Both the position numbers and the translations under genes were made by a program. Shown piece by piece: positions 27,901 through 40,577 of a stretch of 64,000 bases of DNA. The DNA is from Camelus dromedarius. Taxonomy: Eukaryota. The number at the start of each line of letters is the position of its first letter. The stretch's first letter is position 1. The stretch is taken from positions 60,638,001 through 60,702,000 of the forward strand of contig NC_087437.1 of assembly GCF_036321535.1 (NCBI RefSeq). Direction: 5' to 3'. The notes beneath the pieces are model-generated. The model made no database searches. It was not told the origin of the DNA and saw only the letters and a list, made by a program, of their open reading frames with translations.

Positions 27901-29294
27901 GATATTTATACATATATACATATGTATATAAATACTCTATCCTGTGTTATTATTGTATGTGCATTATAAGTCTGGGACCATTTTTAATCATATCATTGGC
28001 TTCAGGCTTTTCTTTTATTTTTGGGGGGAAGTGGTGCCTAATTATGTGAATTCAGGCTGAGAAACCTATATGAGGGTAGGCTCATGGACCTAGCTGATAA
28101 ACAACAGTAAAAGGGTAAATAAGTTTTAGTATATTCATCCAATGAAATAACACATTGCAGTGAAAGGCTATGCATCTGAGAGGATTAACCCTGCACCGGA
28201 AACTGTAATGGAAAACTCCCCTGAAGCAGCTGTCTTGCAAGACAAGACTGTGCTGATTCTCTTCAGGGCCACCCCCACCACTCCTTTTGCTTCCAGGCAT
28301 ATAATTAGACTCAAGTCCCCACAGGTCCCTAAAGGTGAGGTATAACCCACAAGGACATGTGCTACACACCAAAAAACTGCATGATTTTCCCAGTTTATAC
28401 AGACAGTGAGCTGGGGAATATGAGATTGGAATGTTAGAGGAGTGTTATGTAAAACCCGCTCACCAGCCGCAGGAAGGTGCAAAGCACACAGTTCTCACCA
28501 TGACACATCCCTCCCACCCTTGCAGCCTCACCCCACCCAGCCTGGAAGAGAAGAGAAGGACCATGACCCACCTTTACCAGTACTTTTCCTAGTTCCCTGG
28601 ATCAGACCAGCTTGTCATATGCCCAGCCCTGAACCAATCAGTGTGGCCAATGGAATGAGAAATGTTATTTGGCTTAAACCATTGAGGGTCGATACCTGGG
28701 TCTGGGGATAGGATCAGATCCCAAGCTGCATAGCTGAAAATTGGTGGTAGAGGGTGAGAAGTATAGTTCTCAGGAGGAATTCGGTGTGCTGTTACCTGGA
28801 AAGGGAATAGATGGTGGGCACTAAACAGATGTCCCCTGGCTGAATTTCCTGTTGCTGCAGAGGGAAAGCAGTGCAGACTTAGGATCCAGGCTTGTTCTGT
28901 AACGACTCACATCAGGGCAGGGCAGGCTGGGTTTCTGTGTTCTCAATCAGTGTAATGGATTTGATATTTTATTCTAACCATGTAAAAGCTCTGTACTTAT
29001 AGAAACATTTCAAACACATGCATAAATGTATCTAGACAGTTGGACTAAACCAAATCCCGTTTATTTTTATAGCCAGTCGAAGTGCTGATTTGGAGGCTGT
29101 CCTAGTGCTGGAGGAGGGGATGTGGTCGCTGGTTGACTCCAAGCTGGACCCAGGAAACTGAAAGCCCATCCCCAACCCCATCCTTGGAATGTGTGCTCCG
29201 CTTGCCTTCCTCAGGCCAGAAGCTGCCCAAGGACACAGCTTTGAGACAGTCGTGTGGTGTTGAGACCATCTGGATGGCATACAGGATGAAGCCC

Positions 29295-29512
29295 AGTTAA
29301 GGGCTCTATATAAACTTTAAGATTCTGGCAGGCGGGTGCGGAGATCTGTTCATCTTGTAGCGGCCACCCAAGACAAGCTTGGTAAGTATGTTCTCTTGCT
29401 TATTAAACCTGCCACCCACCAATCTGCAGTAGTCTGCCTCTTTCTTCAGTCTCTCCCTGCCTTTTGCCTTTGGGGCCAGTTCAGAAGCTCCCAATGAGGT
29501 TGTGAACTAATA
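29295..29512 (+). mobile_element. ERV LTR fragment (TATA to U5 portion)
   Basis: CTATATAAAC TATA box followed by ATTAAA poly(A) signal and pyrimidine-rich U5-like segment; subfamily not assigned. Confidence 0.5.
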
Positions 29513-30369
29513 CCTAGAGTGTCTGGAGCAACTTGATTTTATTATTTGTGCCTCAACTAGAAGTGGTAACAGCAACCTCCCACTGATCACCTGTACAGGC
29601 AAGCTCTGTATACTAAGTGCCCTCCACGCATCAGCTCTAAACCTCCCTCAACCCTATGAGCTTGATATCATCTGACTTTCCCGACAAGGAACCCGAGGTT
29701 TGGGGATACAGGCAGCTTGCCCGAGCTAACACAGCTAATAATGGCAGAGCTGGGCTCTGAACCAGGCCTGCTGGACTGTGAAGTTTGTTCTCTGTGATGG
29801 GTACCATGCTTTCCCCCTACCCCTAACCCCACCCCACACCCCCGCCCCATCCTGCAGCCTGCATATTGGCTATTAATGAAAAAAAAATTCAGATTCAACC
29901 TTTGCAACCTAGTGCTAAGTTTTACCTCATCTTCTATCTGAAAACTCTACTCTAAAATTCAGGATATTCACTGGCTCTGGAAAAATAGTCCGTATGATTC
30001 AGTTGCAACGTTAGAGCAGAGGCTGCAAAATTTATCTTTTCAGCTCCATGAGGTTTTAGTATCAAGAGGCTCCTTTTCAGCATCTGCCAGATTCCTATTC
30101 TGTTGCTTCACTCTGTCGTGTCTCCTCTGTTATGACCTGATATCACGCCTGCGAACAAAAGCTGTTTAAGGTCAGCCTTTAAAATATCAAAGTTGAGAAG
30201 TCAGGGAACAGTTGCCGTGTGTCTCTGGGGGAGCAGCAAACACAGTCAGCCTTGTTTTTCTGTTCACCCGAGATAATACATTGGTGTTGATAAAAAATGT
30301 CCATCATGCAGTGGGCTCGTGTTCCTACTGGTCTTTGAGTTATAGGAGTGAGAATCCCCATCAGGAGGA

Positions 30370-30725
30370 GTCTGCTGAGGCTGCTGTAACAGGATACCCC
30401 AGGCTGGGTGGCTTATAAACAACAGAGCTTTATTTCTCACGGTTCTGGAGGCTGGACGTCTAAGATCAGGGTGCCAGCATGATGAGGGCCCTCTCCCTAG
30501 CTCAGAGCCCGCACTTTCTCACTGTGTCCTCACATGGTGGCAGGGGTGAGGGAGCTCTTTTACAAATGGCTGGTGTCTCTTTTTCAAGAACACCAATCCC
30601 ATTCGTGAGGGAACCACCCTCATGACCTAAGCAGCTCCCAAAAGTCCCACCTCCTGGTACCATCACATTAGGATTTCAACATATACATTTGGGAAGGGGT
30701 TGGGCACAAACATTCAAACCATAGC
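30370..30725. mobile_element. MLT1/MST-type MaLR solo LTR
   Basis: GGGTGGCTTATAAACAACAGAGCTTTATTTCTCACGGTTCTGGAGGCTGG...CCCTCATGACCTAA...CACAAACATTCAAACCATAGC. Confidence 0.8.
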
Positions 30726-31370
30726 GGTAAGTTTCCATCACCTTCCAAAAGGGAGGTTCCAGGATGTTGGAAACTTGGAGGGAGTGACTGGAGACAGTGG
30801 GGTCAAATGTAGTTCATTTTTGCAGAGAAATGGATGGAAGCTGTTGAGGTTCCTAAGTTTTCAGAAGTGTAAGAACCAGGCTGCAATGCTGGTTTGTGGA
30901 TAGGAGCTGGTGAATAGGATGGGGCTGTGAGACCCAGATATGGAAGGTACCCTCATCCTACTTGCACATGTCATATACAGACACTTAACAAAATGTCATA
31001 TTAGCAAATGTATTTAGCAAATGTCAAATTTAAACACTTAGCCAACATGGTTAGCAAGCAACTGGGTTACTCAACAGACGCCTCAGTTTCCCCATCTGTA
31101 AAATGGAGATAATAAGGCTCACTGTCCCAGACTGTGGAAAGGGTTAAATGAGATCTGTATGTAAAGTTCCTGGCATTTAGCAGGGCTTAGTAAATAGCTG
31201 CTATTTTTATCAACATTTTGAGTTTGTTCAGACAATTAAACATATAATTTACATTATAATGACTAACAAATGTTATCCTCAGCAGATGCAGATCTCTGGA
31301 ACCAGAATAGCATCTGTAGCAGCTGAAGTCATCCTAGGCTCTTGGCCCAGTGTCTTGGGAGCCATTTGAG

Positions 31371-31494
31371 ATGAAGATGGCAGCCAGGGTGCTGTGGGGC
31401 AGCCTCAGCCTCCTCCGCCTGGTGTGGTGTCTCCTTCCGCAGACAGGCTATGTGCACCCCGATGAGTTCTTCCAGTCACCCGAGGTCATGGCAG
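31371..31494 (+). CDS. PIGZ: GPI alpha-1,2-mannosyltransferase 4, first coding exon ([41 protein letters not shown])
   Basis: Contains the GT22-family HPDEFFQ motif; 124 nt ending GCAG|GTAAAG (phase 1). In-frame TAG at 31335-31337 bounds the start to ATG 31371 or 31377. Not in the ORF track. Confidence 0.93.
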
Positions 31495-32944
31495 GTAAAG
31501 TTCCCCATGTGTGGTTAAGATAAGTTGCAACAAAGTCTGATTGAAGAGCTGATTGGATATTTAGTGTGGAGGGAGAAAAATATGCAGGTAAGCAGTAAAT
31601 CCACCAGCCTCTCTGGCATAAGAACTTAGGAGTGGGGCTTCACATCTCCTTCCTGAATGGTGACATTGACCTTCTAAATGATACCAGTGAAATGCCAGCC
31701 TCTTTGATGTTTTCCTGCTGATACCAACAGTACAGGTCATTCAGAATGAAAGGTGATTTGGGCTTCTCAGTGGAAGGATTTTGGAGTTGGGCTTCCCCAG
31801 TGGTTGCAGAAGCTTACACAGGGATGTAATATAAAATAATGAAACTTTTCTTCCATACGTTCATGTGATGGCTGGCGGAACCCAGACCTAGAATGCTCAC
31901 TTGTTAGAACTTATCTTCTACATGGTATAGGACATATCATGAAGTTGGTTGCCAGATACCTTGAGGCTTTTCAGATACTGTGATCACGAGGCTTCCTCCT
32001 CATGGTTCAAGATGGCTGCTTGAGCTCCAGCCATCAAGTCTAAAACTAAGTCTTTCCAGCCACCAGAGAAGAGATGGGCATGCCTGCTCTCTTTAAGGGC
32101 TTATTTTGAAAGTCATACTTTTTGCCCATTTCCATCCCATTGGTCAGAATGTATCATGTGACCACACCTAGCTGCAAAGGGAAGCTGAAAAATATAGTCT
32201 TTATATGTGACCAAATGCCCAGCTAAAGAGACCAAGGAAGAAGGAGCAAATGGATACTGGGGAGACATCAGCTATCTCTGCCACAGGGCTCAACAGGTGG
32301 ATTTGGTTTTAAAGCTGAAAGGCCCAGTCTTCTTTTCTACCCCTGTTTTTTTGTTGCTGTTTTTTTAACCTGAGCCAGTAAAAAGCAGCCAGATTGATCT
32401 GATCTTAGATTTTCTATTTCCCTTTCACCTTCTGACATAGAGAAAACTGCCAAAAGGCTGGAGGAGTAAGATGGAGATGTAAAGAGCCTTAAACAATCAG
32501 CAGTGTTATCAAGTGTGCGATGCTGTGGGGCTTGGAGCTAAGATGCAGAAATTAAGAGTTTATCTCCCTCACCCTTACCCTTCAGAGCTCTGGGACAGTG
32601 GGGCACAGGGTCATGACTAGCCCCAGGCAGCAAGTAATTTTAATATAATTTTACTGCTTGAATACACTCTTCTTATTAAAAAAAAAACCCTAAGAATTGT
32701 TTTGTCTATAAAACTAAAGTCACTTGTGACCATAACCACAGTTGCTCATTCTCCTCCCCCATCCTCGTGCTGCCTGTCCAATCAGGCAGTCACAATCACA
32801 GAGGTGCATGTTTAACTCTGACTTTGGAACTTTAGAACTCCTAGAAGAGGAATGCAGCCTCCCACTGCTCCTCCCCAGCCATCTTGTCCAGGGCACGTTC
32901 TCACCTCACTTCCCAGGTGTGGGGCCTTGGAAGGGCAGAGCTCC

Positions 32945-33393
32945 CCTGATTCATTTCTGCTGCGTAACAAACCATCAGAAATCTAGAGCTTAAAACTCTT
33001 AGCTCACATTTCCGTAAATCAGAAGTCCAGCCTGGGCTCTCTGTTCAGGGTATCACAAGGTATGGGCTGATTTCTTGTCTGGAAGTTCTGGGGGAAGTCT
33101 GCTTCTAAGCTCATTCTGGCTGCTGGACAATTTTAGTTTATTGAGGCTATAGAACTAAGTCCCATTTCCTTGTTTGCTGTCAGCCAACGGCTGCTCTCAG
33201 CTCCTAGAGGCCACCCACATTCCTTGCCAATGGCCCCCTTCATCTTTGAGGGGGTTGTTTGTTTTAGTTGATTTACAACATTAGTTTCAGGTGTATAGCA
33301 AAGTGATTCAGATATATATATGTATCTGAATATATATGTATGTATGTGTGTGTGTGTGTATGTATGTGTGTATATATATATATATATACACAC

Positions 33394-33445
<52 letters not shown>

Positions 33446-34165
33446 TGCCGATTCTTTTCTATTAAGGGTTATTACAAGATATTGAATATAACCCCTTGTG
33501 CTATACAGTAGGTCCTTGTTATTTATCTGTTTTACATATAATAGTATGTGTATGTTAATCCCAAACTCCAAATTTATCCCCACCCCCCCTTTTCCCTTTG
33601 GTAACCATAGTTTGTTTTCTTTGTCTGTGGGTCTATTTCTGGCTTGTAAATAAGTTCATTTGCATCATTTTTTTTAGATGCCACATACAAGTGATACCAT
33701 TTGATATGTCTTTGTCTGATTAACTTAGTATGATCATCTCTAGGACCATCTATGTTGCTGCAAATGGCATTATTTCACTCTTTTTATGGCTGAATGATAT
33801 TCCATGGTGTATATATACCACATGTCTTTTTTATCCAGTCATCTGTTGATGGACATTTAGGTTGTTTCCATGTCTTGGCTATGGTATATAGTGCTGCTAT
33901 GAACAATGGCCCCCTCCATCTTTAAGCCAGCAAATCCTTCTCGTCTTTGATGTCCTCTTCTGCCACCAGGTGGAGAAAACTGATTTAAAGGGCTCCTGAG
34001 ATTTTGTCACGCGCACCCAGGTTATCTCCCTATCTTAGGATCAGCTGTCCCAGGCAACGTGACCTAATCACAGGAGTAAAATCCATCATCTTCCCAGTCC
34101 CAGGAATTATGTTGGGGCTTGGACAGTAGAGGGCTGGGAAACCATGATGGCCATCCTAGAATTTT
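32945..34165. mobile_element. MLT1-type LTR split by a younger L1 insertion
   Basis: MLT1-like sequence at about 32945-33247 resumes at about 33904-34165 after a duplicated target site. Confidence 0.65.
33248..33903 (-). mobile_element. 5'-truncated L1 3' end (laurasiatherian type) with internal (TA)/(TG)/(CA) microsatellite
   Basis: TAGTTGATTTACAACATTAGTTTCAGGTGTATAGCAAAGTGATTCAG...CCCTTGTGCTATACAGTAGGTCCTTG; 20-bp target-site duplication at 33228-33247 and 33904-33923 with 1 mismatch. Confidence 0.85.
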
Positions 34166-34220
34166 GTCTATCACATTCTCTGAGCTTGGACCTGGCTCAC
34201 CCCTGCTTCTCTCTCTGCAG

Positions 34221-35788
34221 AGGACGTCCTGGGCATAGAGGCTGCACGGCCATGGGAGTTTCACCCCAGCAGCCCCTGCCGCACGGTGGTCTTCCCACTG
34301 CTGACCTCTGGCTCTGCCTTCTGGCTGCTCAGGCTCTGGGAAGAGTCGGGGGCATGGCCTGGCCCAGTGAGTGGCTACGTGCTGCTGGTGGGGCCCCGAC
34401 TCCTCCTTACTGCCCTCTCCTTTGCCCTGGACATGGCTGTGTACCACCTGGCCCCATGCTGGGGGGCGGAGCGCTGGAACGCCCTGGTCCTGCTGTCTGG
34501 TTCCTACGTCACCTTGGTCTTCTACACAAGGACCTTCTCCAATGCCATCGAGGGACTGCTCTTTGCGTGGCTGCTGGTACTGGTATCCCCCCGTGCAGCC
34601 TGGACCCCTATACCCATGAAGCCTGCTCCAGGACCGTGGTGGCAGAGCTGGCTTCTTGGGGGCATTGTGGCTGCTGGCTTCTTCAACCGGCCCACCTTTC
34701 TGGCCTTTGCTCTAGTCCCCCTCTTCCTCTGGGGAACTTATGGAGCCACAAACTCCAGCTTGAAGTCACTGACCAAGGAAGCCCTGGTGTTGCTCCCAGG
34801 GGCAACCCTCACAGCAGCAGTGTTTGTGGCTGTGGACAGCTGGTATTTCTCCAGTCCATCTAGATCCAGTACCCTTGTCCTTACACCTGCCAACTTCTTG
34901 CACTACAACCTGGATCCTGTAAACCTGGCGAGGCACGGCACGCATATGCGGCTCACTCACCTGGCAGTCAATGGCTTCCTGCTCTTTGGGGTGCTGCACG
35001 CCCAGGCCCTGCAGGCTGCGTGGCAACAGCTACAAGCCTGCCTCCAGGCCTTCGCACCAACGGGCTTCCCGAGGATGCTGGGCGCCCGGAGCCTGCGGTC
35101 CTGCCCCAGGTCTCACCTCCTGCTCCTCTACTTCATGCCCCTGGCCCTGCTGTCTGCCTTTAGCCACCAGGAGGCTCGGTTCCTGATCCCTCTCCTGGTC
35201 CCCCTGGTTCTGCTTTGTAGTCCACAGAGCCAGCTCGTGCCCCACAAGGGCACTCTGGTCCTCTTCAATGCCCTGGGTGCCCTCTTCTTTGGCTGCCTGC
35301 ACCAGGGGGGCCTACTGCCTGGCCTGGGGCACTTGGAGCAGGTGGTTCACACTCCCATGCTCCCGCAGGTACCTACCCACTACACGCTCCTCTTCACCCA
35401 CACCTACATGCCCCCCCGGCACCTCCTACACCTCCCAGGCCTGGGGTCGCCTGTGGAGGTGGTGGACATGGGTGGGACTGAGGACCGGGTCCTGTGCCAA
35501 GCCCTGAACAGCTTCATCAGACAGCCGGCCTGCCAGGTGGCTGGTGGGCCATGGCTCTGCCGTCTTTTTGTGGTGACCCCTGGCACCGCCAGGCCCGCTG
35601 TGAAGAAGTGCAGCTTCCCCCTCAAGAATGAGACACTCATCTTTCCTCACGTGACCCTTGAGGACCCACCATCCCTGTCCTCCCTGCTGAGTGAGGCTTG
35701 GAGGGACCTTCTCAGCCTTCACATCCTGGAGCTGGGGGAGAAGCCTGACAATATGACAGGAAGTCCACTGCCCAAGATTCAGCCATAG
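34221..35788 (+). CDS. PIGZ: GPI alpha-1,2-mannosyltransferase 4, large terminal coding exon
   Basis: Acceptor CTCTCTGCAG|AG, phase compatible with the previous exon. Multi-TM ORF with [25 protein letters not shown] and THTYMPP motifs. Spliced CDS 1692 nt = 563 aa plus stop. Confidence 0.97.
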
Positions 35789-38700
35789 GTGAAGGTACCA
35801 CTCTGTCTACATGGGTAGCTGGATGAGGACAGAGCCCTGACTCTTTTCCTTTCCAGAATTCCCACCGCTGTCTCTCCTGTGCACAGTCTTCAGCTGCTTC
35901 ACCTTCTGAGTAAACTGACACCCATTTTCCCTCAAAGACCAAAGATCTGACCAACCACAGTCCTGATGCCAAGGTCCCCAAAGAATTGATATAATCAACA
36001 ATGCCAAATGTCTGTCCCTGCCCTATTCCTTCCAGCCACTGTGATGTTTTAAATATATAAATAGTACCTGGTTGTGAAAGGAGACAATGATCTCCTAATG
36101 ACATTCCTGAACGACCTCTCCCATACCTTCCAGGATGCCTTACCTCTTGCTGGCATGACAACCCTTAGGCCTCCTAGGTAACTGGAAGGAGGCAGTGTAG
36201 TGACGTAGAAAGAGCAGGTAGCTCAGATTCAGGGCACCTACTTCTAGTCCCTGGTCTGCTTACACTGGCTATGTGAGCTTAAGAAAGCCCCTTTCCTTCA
36301 CCCAGCCTTAGTCTTCCAATCTGTAGGATGGATCAGAGCGTCTCTGAAGTGTCTGCCAGCACAGGAACACTGTGTCGTTCCTTAGCCTGCAGCATGTGTC
36401 CCCTGGCTAGAAAGGCATGTCTCTCTCAAAGCTCTTTAAGTATAGAAGTAGGTGTGGTGGTGTATTTTATGGCACTTCTGTGCCTGCTGTCTCATCGCTG
36501 TCTCTGGAACTTTTCTCCACACCCAGTCTCCTCTACTCCTGTCCTGAGAGAAGTAGTGGAACACTTCTCCATCTCACCTTTCAGAGATCGGGGAACCCAG
36601 ATGTTCTCCCTCCTCTGCCAGCCCCAGGGGAAATGGAGACACCAGGCTCAGTCAGCATCGGTGGCCCTTGAGCACAAATCCTTAAGTGTGGTCTTGTTAC
36701 TTTCCAAGCCCCTGTCTGAAGCTCCTCTTCATAAGATGGAGAGCAAACAACCCCTGCTGCCCTGGTGGAAGCCATCACACCTGGGCACGCTGCTCCCTCT
36801 GACACAGGGCACCCCAACTGGGACCCTCAGGGACTGTGGCACCAAGCCTGTCCTCATTCTGCCTCCTCACAGCCTTGACATCTCGTGAGAAGAGATGCCC
36901 AGGCCAGACAGTAGTGTGCTGGAGGTCAGCACAGAGCAGGAGACCAAACCTGTACGAATGACCAAACCTGAGCACTTTTCTAGCCCTTACTTCTGCTGCC
37001 TGAAGCCTGTGTCACCTGAAAGTTCCACTCCCACAAGTAAGCTGCCCTGATGCTGCTGCTGGGGTCTTAGTGCCACACGTTCCTCAGGACTCCAGCCCCT
37101 AGGGAGAAGAGTCAGTGGTATGCTGGTAAATGTTTAGCAGCCCCTTCTCTGGGGCAGAACAGCCCCAATTTGTAGCATTTGTCAGTTTCTGTGCTGTCAA
37201 TACCCTCACCATGGCCACTTTCAAACTACTAAAATTATATTACCGAACTCTGAGTTGGGAGGAGATGCCAAGGGCCTCTCTCCTGAGTCAGTGTAAGCTG
37301 GCTGTAGCACACTCTGGAGAGTTCCCTCTTTTAGACTCTCTAGTACCCGTTCATGGTAGTTCCTTGTTCTTGTGGTTTATGTTTCTGTTTTGACCCTTAG
37401 ATTGTCTTCCTACTGCTACTGGGCACCTGATAAGCACTTACTTGTTTACTTTGAAGCCAAAGATGGCTTTTCTGACTAACACTTAAAAACCAAGTGCCAC
37501 TTGGAGACATCCTAGACTCTAAAAGTCCCAAATTCCTCTGGGATTCTTGGGACTTCTGTCTCTTCCCTCCCCAAGCTGGGTTCACAGCCTCAGAATTCCC
37601 TGGAGGAACAGCTGGCATAGCAGTCCACATAGATTGCAGTGGTCTGAGCTCTATCAAATTGATCTATAAAGTGTTGATATCTAGATTTGTGTGGCATTAA
37701 GGGGTGATTTAGAATTGCCCTGCAGGGTAGCGGAGTTTGTTGCTTCTCTGCTTCACTTTCTGGCAAAGCTTAGAAGAGCTTGAAAGGCATGCTGGGAGAT
37801 TGCTGCCACTGGGGATGGTGGGAAGAATTTGTCCTGTTTCTTTGATAACAGGGTAACTGCTGAGATGACAAGCCAGTGACTACAGTGGAGGCTTCCCCAA
37901 TGAAGCAGGGAGGCATCCAAATCACCTCTAGCTGGAGCAGAAAATGCCCAGTTTTCTGTCTCTGCTCTCAGACTTCTACAAAAATGGAGAGAACTTAGTC
38001 CTTACTTCTTCCACAAAAATATAAACAACTGCCTCCATCTCCTGCTTTCCTTCCTTTCTTACCAAATGGTCAGTTTGTCTAGAAGCTTCATTATTTCCTG
38101 CACTGTTTATATTGAGGGTAGGGGGTCTGGCTGGGGACTGTGAACATTCTGCCGCTGACACCCAGTTCCAGAGAGTCAGATTGACACCAATGAGGCAAAC
38201 AAGGCAGTAGAATGAACAAGCTCCTAGGGCTCCTCACTGCCAAGCTCACAAGAGAATCCAGGGAATTGCCTTTGGTCTGGGAGAGGGAGGATACTAAACT
38301 AGAACTTTGGTCATGAGAAGAGTAGGACACTGGCCTCAAAGAGGATATTAAATAGAAGCACCTCTGATGGGAAGACTGGAGAACGGGCTATCAAATCAGA
38401 ACTTTCACCGTTAGGAAAGTGGAAGAAAAGCTACTTTTACTTTTCTATCCCTGGGGAGGGGGTGTCTCTGGCCCTATCCGGCTCCCTCTGTGACTGGTGG
38501 AGAAGTTAGAGTATAAGTTCTAATGCTCACCAGCCTAAAAGCTTCTCCTGTGGCTTTGAGCTTTCTAGACTGCATGATTGTGTAGCCTGATTAAAGGGGA
38601 TCAGAAATTCAGGAGGAAGCCTCAAATGACAGCATTTGTATACAATGGATTTCCTAATCATGGGTCTATTAGCTGTACCAGTCTTTAGATTGGATCCCAG

Positions 38701-39062
38701 ACCCTCTAAAATAGGGACTAGGAATCCAGGTAGCTTGTTCCAGGTTAGGCAATAGTCCTAACGCCCAGTGGCAGGGAAAGGAGGCAGTGAAGGCCAGGGT
38801 AAATGCTGCAGCGAGCTATGATTAAGGACTTGGGCTCTGGAGTTAAACCTGTATCATATCCCACTCGGTAAGGCCTTGGGAAACTTAAGAAGTAGCCTGC
38901 ACTTCCTCACGTGAAAGTGGTTGGAAGCAGTGAGATAACCCACACAAAGTGCAATTAGAAAATGCCAGCACAGAAGTACTCAATATGTGTTAAACTAGTA
39001 TTATCAGAGGCCTACAGTCCCCAGAATCATAATCCACCTTGCCCGCTAAGTTCCACTCATAC

Positions 39063-39599
39063 TGAAACCATGGGTAATGAGTCCCATCCATTTTACCTGC
39101 CTCCACCAATCAAGGTCATTTTAAGACTTGCACGTCCTTCAAGCAGCATGAAGCCTAAACAATGTTTGCTGGAGTTGTTTTCCAGGAACTTGCAGTCAGC
39201 TGTGTCTAATTCAAGCTGAACTAGTTAAGACTGGATAGGACCACTGACCCTCCAACTGGGCATGCGCCAGAGTCTGCTCTGACCTTTTGACATCAGAGGG
39301 CTGAAAACTCCACCCTCAGCTGGTGCTGAGTCTCCATTTTCAATGTGCAGAAGCCTGTAGCTTAGTTACAACTGTGTAGAACTAGATAACCACATCTTTC
39401 TCCAATTACCTTTCCCCACACCCCCCACCCCCTCAGACGGCCTTGCTTCTTTATAAATAACCTTGCCTTGGGGAAGAGTCTGAGATTAGTTCTCCCCTCT
39501 CCTTGCTCGGCTGCCTTGTGAATAAACTCTCTTTGCTGTAAACCTCTGCATCGCAGCATTTGGCTTGATAAGTGGGGAAAAGAATCTGGTCCAGTAACA
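39063..39599 (+). mobile_element. ERV1-like solo LTR
   Basis: Starts TGAAAC and ends GTAACA, with TATA-like TTTATAAATA near 39450, AATAAA at 39521-39526 and GACATCAGAGGGCTGAAAACTCCACCCTCAG typical of MER4-group LTRs. Left boundary uncertain. Confidence 0.65.
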
Positions 39600-40050
39600 A
39601 TACCCATTACTCAGCTCACACATTTAATCACAGGACTTTGGCAACTGCAAGATTGTCTTTCTATCCAGGATCTCCCCTGGAAGTAGCCCCTGCGACATCA
39701 GTTCGGAGGCAGTATCATCTGTTACCAGTTTTAGTCCTATTCGCAGAGGGCAGACTCTCTTTCTGGCTGTACTTTGGTCCATGGATCTCTGCTCATGGTG
39801 TACCAGGGCCCAGACTGCTTTTACTTCTGTCAGGCTTCGGGGGTTTTCTTCACACACTGTGCTCTGTCCAGTTGCAGAACTTCACCAGGGATGTCGGTTA
39901 GACCTGGGCTCTCTGATGGGTGGGACTGTAAGCGGACAATCTGAGTCAGGATTCGAAGCCGTGCCCAGTGTCCTGGATGACTCCGTAGCGCGGAGGTCGG
40001 GGTCGAGCCCAGAACGAAAGCAGGCGACCTCGGCCCCGCCCAGCCTGGGT

Positions 40051-40577
<527 letters not shown>

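Noticed and set aside
33133..33583. ORFs rich in YI/CV/HT dipeptides
   Set aside because: Translation artefacts of the microsatellite inside an L1.
34144..34863. 239-aa alternative-frame ORF overlapping the PIGZ terminal exon
   Set aside because: Starts in the intron (LTR-derived) and shadows a GC-rich coding exon; no independent support.
36328..36888. 186-aa ATG ORF downstream of PIGZ
   Set aside because: Begins in a MIR-like remnant, no recognisable homology or promoter; could only be rescued by conservation or Ribo-seq data.
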